The notes beneath the pieces were generated by a model. The model searched no databases and had not been told where the DNA came from. It worked only from the letters and a program-made list of their open reading frames with translations. From Escherichia phage 308Ecol101PP: a DNA stretch of 64,000 nucleotides. The stretch lies in sequence record OR062945.1; one strand, written 5' to 3'. Positions 9,188 to 17,812 of the stretch are shown here, piece after piece (positions within the stretch are counted from its first letter, which is position 1; the number at the start of each line of letters is the position of its first letter). The position numbers and the translations under genes are program-made.

Positions 9188-9781
9188 ATGAACACACTGA
9201 AGAAACTTGTTGAATTCATCCGCACTAAACTTGGTACTGCTATGGCTAAAAATCTGACTGTCGAAGAACAGTATAACGCAGCTGCAGATAAGTTGATTAC
9301 CCAAATCAAAGAACTAAAAACGGCTTCTGTTAAATCTATTAATGAAGAAAAACGTATTCGCGAACTTGTTATTGAAAAGAATAAGCAAGCCGCTTCTAAG
9401 GAACGTGAAATTCGTAAGCTCTTGGCTGAAGGACAAGATGTTACCATGCATGCCAAGCTTGGTCTTCTGTATCGTCGAACTGCCGAACAACTTAATACAA
9501 AAGCTGACGGGTACGCTGCTATGCGAATTGAAATTGCTCGTAAGGTGGTTGAACTTGATGATGCTCGTCAGAACCTGGCAATCAAACTCGAATACATTCG
9601 TGAAACTCGAGCAGCCAATGCCCTTGGTATCTCTACGGCTGATGATGTAATTGAAATCGCTGCACTGACTAAGGTTGATATCGAAGACACTCTGACTCGT
9701 GTTGAAACGTTCAATGGCACTCCAGCTGGTGTCGAAACCACTTCTGCTGATGTACAAGAATATATTAACTCTTTGAAATAA
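9188..9781 (+). CDS. Coiled-coil protein (PspA/IM30-like?)
   Basis: Promoter cassette 9126; long heptad-rich helical sequence; terminator hairpin at 9790. Confidence 0.65.
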   Translation: MNTLKKLVEFIRTKLGTAMAKNLTVEEQYNAAADKLITQIKELKTASVKSINEEKRIRELVIEKNKQAASKEREIRKLLAEGQDVTMHAKLGLLYRRTAEQLNTKADGYAAMRIEIARKVVELDDARQNLAIKLEYIRETRAANALGISTADDVIEIAALTKVDIEDTLTRVETFNGTPAGVETTSADVQEYINSLK

Positions 9782-9789
9782 AATAATAC

Positions 9790-9812
9790 GGAGGACTCCG
9801 GTCCTCCTTTTG
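9790..9812 (+). terminator. Rho-independent terminator
   Basis: GGAGGAC-TCCG-GTCCTCC then TTTTGG. Confidence 0.65.
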
Positions 9813-9830
9813 GATAATAAAGGAGTTAAC

Positions 9831-10427
9831 ATGCGAAACCAAAATAATGATATTGACTCAATGTTCGAAGAGTTCCGAGATAAGGTAAATCCACCTACGT
9901 CTTTAGTTGATTCATTACGATATGTTGCAACTGGACGTAAATGGTACTGGTCGTCTTCTTATGAGACAACTGAATATGCAAATAACCGAAAATCTTTATT
10001 AGCCCCAGGTATTATGATTCATGATATCGGAGCTATTGCTAAACTAGTTGCAGACCATGATATTAGATTCACTGATTTCATTGCTCCTACGTGGTCTGTT
10101 TGTTGTTTAAACACTGAATGGGACTACATCAGTGAACGTTCAGATGATTACGTAGGCTTTAGAGATAAGCTCTTAAGGTCTAACATGTTTTATATCGATA
10201 CAGAAGTTCTAGTCGATAATAAAAAATATTACTTTACGTTAATCGTCGATTCTGAAACTATGTATGAAGGCAAGCCTTTGCTTAAAAGAGTTGATGCTTT
10301 AAGTGCTATTGATGCGCTTTATGAAACTATGGTTGTTAGTCCTAATTTCACTAACAATTTAATCCTTGAGCAATTTATTATGGAATGTAGAGAATATGTC
10401 AAAGCCAACCCTATACATGCCAATTAA
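9831..10427 (+). CDS. Hypothetical protein; C-terminus carries QFIMECREY junction motif
   Basis: SD AGGAG then ATG 9831; ends overlapping next gene. Confidence 0.65.
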   Translation: MRNQNNDIDSMFEEFRDKVNPPTSLVDSLRYVATGRKWYWSSSYETTEYANNRKSLLAPGIMIHDIGAIAKLVADHDIRFTDFIAPTWSVCCLNTEWDYISERSDDYVGFRDKLLRSNMFYIDTEVLVDNKKYYFTLIVDSETMYEGKPLLKRVDALSAIDALYETMVVSPNFTNNLILEQFIMECREYVKANPIHAN

Positions 10428-10791
10428 GCCCTGGGCATACGAATACAAACGTAAATTAATTCCTAATGAAGTGTTGTTTGGTCCTATTTTAGCTTTAGCA
10501 TTTTTAATCTTTATGATTATAGGAGCTATTTTAGATTCCAATAAAGTTATATCGTCTGATGCAGCATTTTCATTAATGTTCGTCGCACCACTTATTGTAC
10601 CGTTTTTATTAATGCCTATTAATTGGGTAGGATATTGGCACCAAGGCCGTCATCACAGAGCCCGATTAAGAGAATGGAAAGTTCAGTGCGCAAAAGCCCA
10701 AGCTCAATATGATGAAGCTGTTAAAAAGTATGAATATGAAGAAGCTATGGAATTCGTTAAGGAAATAAGATGCAAAAGCCTCAACTCTTAA
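10396..10791 (+). CDS. Small membrane protein, FIKECR-tail family
   Basis: ATG directly after GAATGTAGAGAAT junction motif; two hydrophobic segments; C-terminal ...MEFVKEIRCK. Confidence 0.55.
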   Translation: MSKPTLYMPIKPWAYEYKRKLIPNEVLFGPILALAFLIFMIIGAILDSNKVISSDAAFSLMFVAPLIVPFLLMPINWVGYWHQGRHHRARLREWKVQCAKAQAQYDEAVKKYEYEEAMEFVKEIRCKSLNS

Positions 10792-11129
10792 CCGTATGGC
10801 CGTCTCTTGGTGAGAACATTCTAATTTTTATTATGAGTATTGGCATGGGATTTGCCTTTGGATTAGTTGGATTTCTTATTGACGGAGTTGTGTTAGGATT
10901 TATAGGGAATACAGGTGGATTCACAGACCAATGGCAGGACCTAAGATACACCCAAGCTTTTGCATCTATCGCATCATTTTGTACTGTAGTCTATTTTTAC
11001 TACGATTTTATAAACCATAACAAGAAAAATAAAAAGGTTTACGCTTCTCAAATGATTAGTTATAATGAACTCCTAGCTAGACGTGAAAATGAAACAATAG
11101 AAAACTTTATTAAGGAATGTAGAAAATGA
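10770..11129 (+). CDS. Small membrane protein, FIKECR-tail family
   Basis: Hydrophobic segments; C-terminal ...ENFIKECRK; ATGA overlap with downstream gene. Confidence 0.65.
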   Translation: MQKPQLLTVWPSLGENILIFIMSIGMGFAFGLVGFLIDGVVLGFIGNTGGFTDQWQDLRYTQAFASIASFCTVVYFYYDFINHNKKNKKVYASQMISYNELLARRENETIENFIKECRK

Positions 11130-11431
11130 GTAAGATTATTGAAATTAAAGTACCAGAGTTTAATGATGCTAAATCCGCTTCAGATGCAATTTATAAACTT
11201 CTGAATCAAGCTGAACGTATCGAAGAAGAAGCAACAAAGATCGCGGACCAATATGCTGTATCATTTTCTGTAGGTGATTATGGTAGCGGTCGTACTTATT
11301 ATCCTAAGGGTGAAATTGTATCCCAGTGGATGAAAGATGAAATTGAAAATAATGGTGGTGATGTTAAACGTGAAGGTAATGGTTACGTTATTACTGAAGG
11401 TGCTTGGGTTTCGTCTTCTGCGATGTGCTAA
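11126..11431 (+). CDS. Small protein, tandem paralog 1 (C-terminal GAWVSSSAMC)
   Basis: First of three adjacent ORFs sharing C-terminal G-W-x-S/A-S-S-x-x-C tail. Confidence 0.65.
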   Translation: MSKIIEIKVPEFNDAKSASDAIYKLLNQAERIEEEATKIADQYAVSFSVGDYGSGRTYYPKGEIVSQWMKDEIENNGGDVKREGNGYVITEGAWVSSSAMC

Positions 11432-11440
11432 GGAATCATT

Positions 11441-11713
11441 ATGTCTAAAGAACAAACCGAACTGGCTGAAGCCGTAGCAAAAATCTATGCAGCTATTGAG
11501 GCTGCCAAAGAAATTGCTGATAAACAAAACACAACATTCAACTTGTATCCAGCTTATGGTATGGGTGGAACCTATCATTCACCCGGACAACTTAAAGCCG
11601 ATCTTGAACGTTGTACAAAAAACGGCTATGCCGAATGGGCTGACGTTTACCAATACGACTACAACCTGAGCCTCGAAACTGGTGGTTGGATTGCATCTTC
11701 TCACACTTGCTAA
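11441..11713 (+). CDS. Small protein, tandem paralog 2 (C-terminal GGWIASSHTC)
   Basis: SD AAGGAA then ATG; shared C-terminal tail. Confidence 0.65.
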   Translation: MSKEQTELAEAVAKIYAAIEAAKEIADKQNTTFNLYPAYGMGGTYHSPGQLKADLERCTKNGYAEWADVYQYDYNLSLETGGWIASSHTC

Positions 11714-11722
11714 GGAAACCAT

Positions 11723-11920
11723 ATGTCTCGTGAATTAGATTGTGCTGTACGTACGGCAGTAGCTGCTCTGGAAAACCTGTTCCAAATTGCAACAGAAGAA
11801 CGCGAAGAAGTTACATTGTGGATTGAAGATAACGCAGGTCTGAATCTCCAGGACGCGATCTCATTATCCAATAATAGCATTACTGTTCAAGGCTGGGTAT
11901 CATCTAGTTATTCTTGCTAA
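11723..11920 (+). CDS. Small protein, tandem paralog 3 (C-terminal QGWVSSSYSC)
   Basis: SD AAGGAA then ATG; shared C-terminal tail. Confidence 0.6.
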   Translation: MSRELDCAVRTAVAALENLFQIATEEREEVTLWIEDNAGLNLQDAISLSNNSITVQGWVSSSYSC

Positions 11921-11924
11921 AACA

Positions 11925-11963
11925 GTTTACAACAAGATAGGGCTATGTTATAGTAGTCCTATC
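11925..11963 (+). promoter_or_regulatory. Early promoter stem-loop cassette (PeSL-like)
   Basis: GTTTAC; IR GATAGGGCTA / TAGTCCTATC. Confidence 0.6.
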
Positions 11964-11982
11964 AAATTAAATGGAGTCCACA

Positions 11983-12222
11983 ATGATTTATTACGAAAGT
12001 ATCGGAACCAAAGTGGTTGGTAAAACCATTACTCGCGAAAAGTTTGCAAAGATATTCGATATGCGTTATAAAAAATCTGAACACAAAGGCATCCGATTCG
12101 AAGATGCGCACTGTACAATTTGTCCTTATAATGAAGACATAAACGGTACAATCGTTCCATTGGTAGAGGCTTCACATGATGACCTCTGGGATGAATATAA
12201 TATCGCATGTCGTGAAATTTAA
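11983..12222 (+). CDS. Hypothetical protein
   Basis: Promoter cassette 11925; SD GGAG before ATG 11983 (alternative start 11971). Confidence 0.6.
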   Translation: MIYYESIGTKVVGKTITREKFAKIFDMRYKKSEHKGIRFEDAHCTICPYNEDINGTIVPLVEASHDDLWDEYNIACREI

Positions 12223-12246
12223 GTTAATTAATCCGAGGAAAATATT

Positions 12247-13203
12247 ATGATGTTAGTTATTGGTTCTCGTGCACTTCACTATCATGGTCTTATTGATTCT
12301 AACGCTATCAAAAATAGTGATTGGGACTTTATTGCAGACCAAGGTTCTTGGAATGCATTCAAAAATCAAATGATGGGTGTATATGTTCATCAAGATAACC
12401 CTGATGTCCAAGTTTTCAAATGCTTCCATAATGGACGCGAAACTCATTTTGAAGCATATATTGTTCCGGCAATCACTAATGTCCGTGAATTAGTCGGTGA
12501 ACTCACTCCTGAAGATTTCACGTCTTCTTATGACCTTTTAAAATACGCCAAGAAAAATTTGACTAAAGACCGTTTGAACGGGTTTTACTGGGCAACTCCT
12601 GAGATATGTCTTGCAATTAAGATGTCTCATCGTTTCAAGAAAAATAATCCATTCTTTTTAAAGACTATGAACCATATTCAGTATCTTCGTGGTAAAGGTG
12701 TTACACTGAACGATGAACTTACTGAAATTATGCTGAAACGCCAGAAAGAAACCTTGAACTATGCTCACCCGATTCTTGACACTTCTAAAAGTGCGTTCTT
12801 TAAAGATGACATCTATACATATGACCATGATACTATTCATGAAGCCATTGCACTAACAGACCGTCCGGCTTATACGTTTTATATGAAAGACGGTTCTGAA
12901 GTAATGACCTCACGCGAGAAGTTTGAATCACTTCCGGAAATGGTCAAATTGGCCGGTGTATATGAAGAAACATGTGTACTAGCGTTAGAACGTTCTCAGA
13001 TTCCTAATGGCTTTGAAATCCATCCTCGTGATAGTTTTATGATGGCATTAGAAAAGGTCTGTACTTCAATCACATCAGGCTGGTTCCGTGAGTATGCCTG
13101 GGAGAACTATGGCAAAGTAGTAAGTATGTATCAAAGCTTAGGACACGACGATTACGTCAAGCGTTTCAAACAAAATTTTCATATGGTAAAACCTTTCAAA
13201 TAA
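12247..13203 (+). CDS. Hypothetical protein (318 aa)
   Basis: Long ORF with SD GAGGAAA; no fold recognised. Confidence 0.7.
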   Translation: MMLVIGSRALHYHGLIDSNAIKNSDWDFIADQGSWNAFKNQMMGVYVHQDNPDVQVFKCFHNGRETHFEAYIVPAITNVRELVGELTPEDFTSSYDLLKYAKKNLTKDRLNGFYWATPEICLAIKMSHRFKKNNPFFLKTMNHIQYLRGKGVTLNDELTEIMLKRQKETLNYAHPILDTSKSAFFKDDIYTYDHDTIHEAIALTDRPAYTFYMKDGSEVMTSREKFESLPEMVKLAGVYEETCVLALERSQIPNGFEIHPRDSFMMALEKVCTSITSGWFREYAWENYGKVVSMYQSLGHDDYVKRFKQNFHMVKPFK

Positions 13204-13215
13204 TTTCACCAAACT

Positions 13216-13253
13216 GTTTACAAGGTCTGTAGTTGTTGATACTATAGACCTAT
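13216..13253 (+). promoter_or_regulatory. Early promoter stem-loop cassette (PeSL-like)
   Basis: GTTTAC; IR GGTCTGTAG / CTATAGACC. Confidence 0.55.
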
Positions 13254-13282
13254 CAAAACAAATGAGTGAATGGAGATACAAA

Positions 13283-13483
13283 ATGACTACTTTGAATAAA
13301 CGTTTCGGTAAAGCTAAACCTGGCTGTGCAGCAGAACGTCGTTACATTTTCGCTCAGTTAGAAGATGTAGAGTATCAGATTAATCAAGTTCACATTACTG
13401 GCATCGAGCCTATGTGTGGCCTTGAAGCTCTTCGTGAAGTTCGTGACGGGTATCGTCGTGATATCGAAGAAATGTCAAAATAA
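13283..13483 (+). CDS. Hypothetical protein
   Basis: Promoter cassette 13216; SD GGAGA before ATG 13283 (alternative start 13262). Confidence 0.55.
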   Translation: MTTLNKRFGKAKPGCAAERRYIFAQLEDVEYQINQVHITGIEPMCGLEALREVRDGYRRDIEEMSK

Positions 13484-13522
13484 GTGTACAAACTGATAGG
13501 GCTATGTTATAGTAGTCCTATT
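13484..13522 (+). promoter_or_regulatory. Early promoter stem-loop cassette (PeSL-like)
   Basis: GTGTAC; IR GATAGGGCTA / TAGTCCTATT. Confidence 0.55.
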
Positions 13523-13541
13523 AAAACATGAGGAGAATAAT

Positions 13542-13847
13542 ATGAAATTAACAGAAACCAACCGAATTGGTCTTTTAACAATACTTGCATCACCTTTTTA
13601 CGCAGCTCTTTCTGTTGCAGTATTACAAAAGGCTTACGATATGGATGGTGTTCCTGGTTTTGTATTCTTATCACCGTTTTTGCTATTCGTTGGAGCATTG
13701 TTATTATACGCCACGACTAGTTTCGACCATAATGTCTGGGTCAATTATAAATGTAAATTGTCTGAAGAAGAACACGCAGAAGCTCGTAAAAAAGCTATTG
13801 AATCTACCAATCTAGAAAATTTCATTAAAGAATGTCGAGGAAAATAA
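13542..13847 (+). CDS. Small membrane protein, FIKECR-tail family
   Basis: Promoter cassette 13484; hydrophobic segments; C-terminal ...ENFIKECRGK. Confidence 0.65.
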   Translation: MKLTETNRIGLLTILASPFYAALSVAVLQKAYDMDGVPGFVFLSPFLLFVGALLLYATTSFDHNVWVNYKCKLSEEEHAEARKKAIESTNLENFIKECRGK

Positions 13848-13848
13848 T

Positions 13849-14535
13849 ATGAATAGTTCTAAAGTGTTTAATAGTCAAGCTCGTGCAGTAGGTGGTTTTG
13901 CTCATGCGATTAAAAACGACCAGATTAAAAACGAGCCTATGTTCTTTAACTGCGATTTGAATTTTGCTTTTGATAATGGCGGCCCGATTACTCGTAGCTT
14001 TATCCAAAATCTTCCTGATGATTGGAAAGACTCGGATGTAGTATTTGATTCACGAGTCCACATGCTGATGCCTGGTTGGTATCCTGCTATTCCTGGATAT
14101 CACCATGATGACGTACCACGCCCAGATATTCCAACAGGACAACATTTTATTACTGCAGGACAACCTGATTATGACAACCCTCGTTACCATTCTGAACATA
14201 TTCTTGGTCTTGTTAACGCTGATGTGTGTCCTACTCATTTTGCAACAGGAACTGCAGAGTTCAGTCAGATTCCTGATGGCGAACTTATCTATCGCCAGTG
14301 GCACAAAGAAGTCCTCGAAAAAATTGAAAAAGGTGAACTAGAGAAATGGGAAGCTCCAGATCGTACTCTTCTTCAGTTTGATTGGCAAACATGGCACACT
14401 GGTTCTCGTGCAATTAGTAATGGATGGCGTTGGTTCGGACGTGTATCTCGTAATACAGACCGAGTTAAAAAGATTACCAATGAAATTCGTGTCAACGCTC
14501 AAGTTTATCTAGAATTCCCTATGGAAGGCTGGTAA
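13849..14535 (+). CDS. Hypothetical protein (228 aa)
   Basis: Starts immediately after FIKECR junction; no fold recognised. Confidence 0.7.
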   Translation: MNSSKVFNSQARAVGGFAHAIKNDQIKNEPMFFNCDLNFAFDNGGPITRSFIQNLPDDWKDSDVVFDSRVHMLMPGWYPAIPGYHHDDVPRPDIPTGQHFITAGQPDYDNPRYHSEHILGLVNADVCPTHFATGTAEFSQIPDGELIYRQWHKEVLEKIEKGELEKWEAPDRTLLQFDWQTWHTGSRAISNGWRWFGRVSRNTDRVKKITNEIRVNAQVYLEFPMEGW

Positions 14536-15026
14536 TGATTAACAAAACATATTGGTCTAATATAGACGATGACAACGAAGGTATTTCATACTATTCAGTA
14601 GATTGGACGGGATGTCCATCCTACTTAGTGAAACATATTTGCCAAGAATTTAAAATCGACCAGCCAGCAGGTATTATTGTGAACAGATACATTAATGGAT
14701 ATCAACCTATCGATGAAGTAATACGAACAACTCAAGCTGATCTTGAAAAGTTTTTCAATAAGTGCCAATGGATAACAGGATGGATTATATTTGTACCGTC
14801 GGTATGGTTTTTTAGTACTAAAGTAAGTGCCTTTGCTGTACTAGATATTATCGCTATCTTATTAGCATCTACTATTGTAAGTATTATTGGTGGTATTATT
14901 GGTGGAGGTACTGTAGGCATCATTATTAATCTTGTTAAAAGTAGTTTACAGGAACGTAAAGACAAGATAAAGGCCAAGAATAATGAAGTTGAACGTTTTA
15001 TTACCGAATGCAGGAATTTGAGATGA
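14535..15026 (+). CDS. Membrane protein, FIKECR-tail family
   Basis: Gly/Ile-rich transmembrane segment; C-terminal ...ERFITECRNLR. Confidence 0.65.
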   Translation: MINKTYWSNIDDDNEGISYYSVDWTGCPSYLVKHICQEFKIDQPAGIIVNRYINGYQPIDEVIRTTQADLEKFFNKCQWITGWIIFVPSVWFFSTKVSAFAVLDIIAILLASTIVSIIGGIIGGGTVGIIINLVKSSLQERKDKIKAKNNEVERFITECRNLR

Positions 15027-15259
15027 GTATAGCAATTTACATTAAATCAGAATCATGTGATAGTTATCTGTACACATACGATAAAGACGTGTCAGAAGAA
15101 AAAATCAAAGACGATCTTAATATGGACCTTGATATGTTCTGTCCTATTGCAGATTACAAACTTGCGGTCTCTAATAGTGAAAGTCCATCTAAAGAAACGC
15201 GCATTGAAGAATTTATGTCCGAATTAATGGCTAAATCATGGGACCGAGATGATGAGTAA
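15023..15259 (+). CDS. Hypothetical acidic protein
   Basis: ATG 15023 after GAATGCAGGAA junction (alternative start 15008). Confidence 0.55.
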   Translation: MSIAIYIKSESCDSYLYTYDKDVSEEKIKDDLNMDLDMFCPIADYKLAVSNSESPSKETRIEEFMSELMAKSWDRDDE

Positions 15260-15707
15260 GAAAAATAAAGTGAAAGAACTATCAGCCGGTATTATTTTCC
15301 TTACCGAAGATAAAGAATTATTCATGGGGCGTGTAACTGGTTCTCGTCCTAAAGGTTCTTTAGCTCATCGGTGGGATATTCCTAAAGGTCGTGTCGAGCC
15401 CGGTGAATCTCCTATCGAAGCCGCTATTCGTGAATGCGAAGAAGAAACTGGGTTTACACAATATGACCCTGCCTTCCTGAAAGACCTAGGTGAACATCAT
15501 TACTCAGACAATAAGAATATTCATCTGTTCCTATATACCATCCCTGTAGAGCACGAGCAATTCAGAAACAGTGTTTGTAATTCCTATCATACGTTCCCAG
15601 ACGGACGACAGATTCCTGAATTTGATGCATTCGCTTTAATTAAACCTTCTCAGTGGGAATATGTAATGGGCAAATCATTATATAAGGTGCTCACTACCAT
15701 CCTATAA
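15249..15707 (+). CDS. nudE: Nudix hydrolase NudE
   Basis: Nudix box GRVEPGESPIEAAIRECEEETG; position immediately upstream of lysozyme as in T4. Confidence 0.85.
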   Translation: MMSKKNKVKELSAGIIFLTEDKELFMGRVTGSRPKGSLAHRWDIPKGRVEPGESPIEAAIRECEEETGFTQYDPAFLKDLGEHHYSDNKNIHLFLYTIPVEHEQFRNSVCNSYHTFPDGRQIPEFDAFALIKPSQWEYVMGKSLYKVLTTIL

Positions 15708-15709
15708 GT

Positions 15710-15739
15710 AATAAATACCTCCTATAAACGTGGGAGGTA
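15710..15739 (+). promoter_or_regulatory. Lysozyme RBS-sequestering hairpin with embedded late-promoter-like AATAAATA
   Basis: TACCTCC (15716-15722) pairs with GGAGGTA (15733-15739), which contains the lysozyme SD GGAGG; 7/8 match to TATAAATA at 15710-15717. Confidence 0.45.
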
Positions 15740-15741
15740 TT

Positions 15742-16230
15742 ATGAATATATTTGAAATGCTTCGTAATGACGAAGGTCTTAGACTGACTTTATACAAAGA
15801 CACTGAAGGCTTTTGGACAATTGGCATAGGTCATTTAGTAACAAAGAACCCGTCTTTAGCTGTAGCTAAAGCTGAACTTGACAGAATGATCGGGCGTAAA
15901 TGCAACGGTACAATTACCCTTGATGAGGCTGAAAAGTTATTTAATGAAGACGTTGATAAAGCTGTTCGCGGAATCTTGGGTAATGTTAAACTTAAACCGG
16001 TATATGATTCTTTAGATGCGGTTCGTCGATGTGCATTGGTCAATATGGTCTTCCAAATGGGTGTAGCAGGCGTCGCTGGTTTTACTAATTCTCTTCGTAT
16101 GCTTCAACAGAAACGTTGGGATGAAGCGGCAGTAAATCTAGCACAATCTAAATGGTATCGTCAGACACCTAATCGCGCGAAACGCGTAATCTCAACATTT
16201 AAAACAGGAACTTGGAAAGCGTATATATGA
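15742..16230 (+). CDS. e: Endolysin (T4 lysozyme e)
   Basis: [32 protein letters not shown]...[27 protein letters not shown]: near-complete match to T4 lysozyme. Confidence 0.95.
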   Translation: MNIFEMLRNDEGLRLTLYKDTEGFWTIGIGHLVTKNPSLAVAKAELDRMIGRKCNGTITLDEAEKLFNEDVDKAVRGILGNVKLKPVYDSLDAVRRCALVNMVFQMGVAGVAGFTNSLRMLQQKRWDEAAVNLAQSKWYRQTPNRAKRVISTFKTGTWKAYI

Positions 16231-16508
16231 AAACATATAGTGAATTTTTATCAGAATCTATTCTTAACGAAGCTACTGACACATTTGCAACTAAGCTAGG
16301 TGCAGCTTTGGTTGAAGCTGAAAGTCTATTAGCACGTATTTCTGAACTTGCTAGTAAGATAGATACTCGCAAATTTGAGCGCACCAGTGATATCGTTAAG
16401 CTTGAAGCCTTGTTGCGTATGTGCGATAAACCGGAAGAAATCGCTAAGAACGGCTCGCTGATGAAACAACGTCTTGAAAAATATATTTCAGGCGCTTCAG
16501 AAAAATAG
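16227..16508 (+). CDS. Capsid-targeted internal-protein-like protein
   Basis: Starts [12 protein letters not shown] (CTS leader); ATGA overlap with lysozyme stop. Confidence 0.65.
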   Translation: MKTYSEFLSESILNEATDTFATKLGAALVEAESLLARISELASKIDTRKFERTSDIVKLEALLRMCDKPEEIAKNGSLMKQRLEKYISGASEK

Positions 16509-16509
16509 T

Positions 16510-16564
16510 GTTTACTTCCTCCAAGGGTTTTGATACTATACATTCATCAACTACTTGGAGGAAA
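16510..16564 (+). promoter_or_regulatory. Early promoter cassette; IR pairs an anti-SD segment with the denV SD
   Basis: GTTTAC; TTCCTCCAAG (16517-16526) complementary to CTTGGAGGAA (16555-16564), which holds the SD; -10 TACTAT inside the loop. Confidence 0.6.
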
Positions 16565-16566
16565 TT

Positions 16567-16980
16567 ATGACTCGTATCAATTTAACACTTGTTTCTGAAC
16601 TGACCGACCAACATCTTATGGCTGAGTATCGTGAATTACCACGCGTATTTGGTGCAGTCCGTAAACATGTTCAAAACGGTAAACGTGTAAAGGATTTTAA
16701 AATCTCTCCAACATTTATCTTAGGCACAGGTCACGTAACATTCTTTTACGACAAACTCGAATTTTTACGTTTACGTCAAATCGAGCTAATCGCCGAATGC
16801 TTGAAACGTGGTTTCAAAATCAAGGACACATCTGTCCAAGATATTTCCGACATCCCTGCCGAATTTCGTAATAATTATGTCCCGTCCGAAGCGTCCATTG
16901 CGATAAGTCAAGCACGCTTAGATGAAAAAATTGCTCAGCGCCCGACTTGGTACAAATACTATGGTAAATCAATTTACTAA
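16567..16980 (+). CDS. denV: Endonuclease V (pyrimidine dimer DNA glycosylase)
   Basis: [35 protein letters not shown]...[10 protein letters not shown] matches T4 DenV. Confidence 0.95.
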   Translation: MTRINLTLVSELTDQHLMAEYRELPRVFGAVRKHVQNGKRVKDFKISPTFILGTGHVTFFYDKLEFLRLRQIELIAECLKRGFKIKDTSVQDISDIPAEFRNNYVPSEASIAISQARLDEKIAQRPTWYKYYGKSIY

Positions 16981-16986
16981 GGAAAA

Positions 16987-17247
16987 ATGAAAATGTATCA
17001 AGAATTTATCGCTGAAGCAGATGCCAAAGGTCCTAAATTTAAAGTTAAAGCTTTCATTGGTGATGCGGAAGACTTTGGCTCATTAAAACGTAATGGGTAT
17101 TCTTTCTTAGGTGGCGATGGTAAAGAAATCAACACCTATGCAAAACGTAGTGAAATTGCTTATGTTGTAGCAAGCCCTAAAGTAGATGTTGACGATATTG
17201 GATACGATTTTAACAACTTTGGAATTATTTCTGGCGGTAAAGCTTAA
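16987..17247 (+). CDS. Internal protein (ipII/ipIII-like), capsid-targeted
   Basis: Starts MKMYQEFIAEA (CTS leader); adjacent to denV as T4 ipII/ipIII. Confidence 0.65.
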   Translation: MKMYQEFIAEADAKGPKFKVKAFIGDAEDFGSLKRNGYSFLGGDGKEINTYAKRSEIAYVVASPKVDVDDIGYDFNNFGIISGGKA

Positions 17248-17250
17248 ATT

Positions 17251-17280
17251 GTTTACGCTTAAGTATTAATATGGTATAAT
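17251..17280 (+). promoter_or_regulatory. Early promoter (GTTTAC, 18 nt spacer, TATAAT)
   Basis: Consensus hexamers upstream of CTS gene 17311. Confidence 0.55.
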
Positions 17281-17310
17281 TACTCTATCAAAACAAATAA
17301 GGAAACAAAA

Positions 17311-17640
17311 ATGAAAACGTATCAAGAGTTTATCACTGAAGTTACATTATCTGCGGAACAGAAAGCTGCTATCGAAGAAGGTAAAAATCCCAAAGTAACA
17401 TATAAAGTAAATGGTAAAGGCGTTTTTGATGGCTTGGTTCAAGACCCTGAATTGAAAAAAGCTCTTTCTAAAACTAATGCGTACTTTGCTCCTAAATTTA
17501 ACGCAGCCGGTGTACTTATTGGATTGGATGTATTCAACTCTAAAGGTGTTCTATCTAATGCCTTTGGTTATGCCGCTAACAAAATTACCAAAGCCGAATG
17601 GGAATCCAATACCAAACAAGCTCAAAAGCCTAGAGTATAA
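17311..17640 (+). CDS. Internal protein (ipII/ipIII-like), capsid-targeted
   Basis: Starts MKTYQEFITEV (CTS leader); promoter 17251. Confidence 0.65.
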   Translation: MKTYQEFITEVTLSAEQKAAIEEGKNPKVTYKVNGKGVFDGLVQDPELKKALSKTNAYFAPKFNAAGVLIGLDVFNSKGVLSNAFGYAANKITKAEWESNTKQAQKPRV

Positions 17641-17812
17641 TTCTTGCCTAATAAAGGGAAACGCAACCTCTCCTTATGAACGTCGAGTCCTCTAAGTGAT
17701 GTACCTTTTCCAACCTGTAATAAGGTCGAGCGCAATGCGGTAATGGGTTTACATAGCGAGTCGAAGGACCTAACATGTGCCACGGAACGGCCCAAACCTT
17801 AAGAGAAATAAT

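Noticed and set aside
8336-9832. Long minus-strand ORFs (8336..8845, 8974..9456, 9314..9832)
   Set aside because: Fully overlapped by + strand genes with promoter cassettes and SD sequences; low-complexity translations typical of AT-rich antisense frames.
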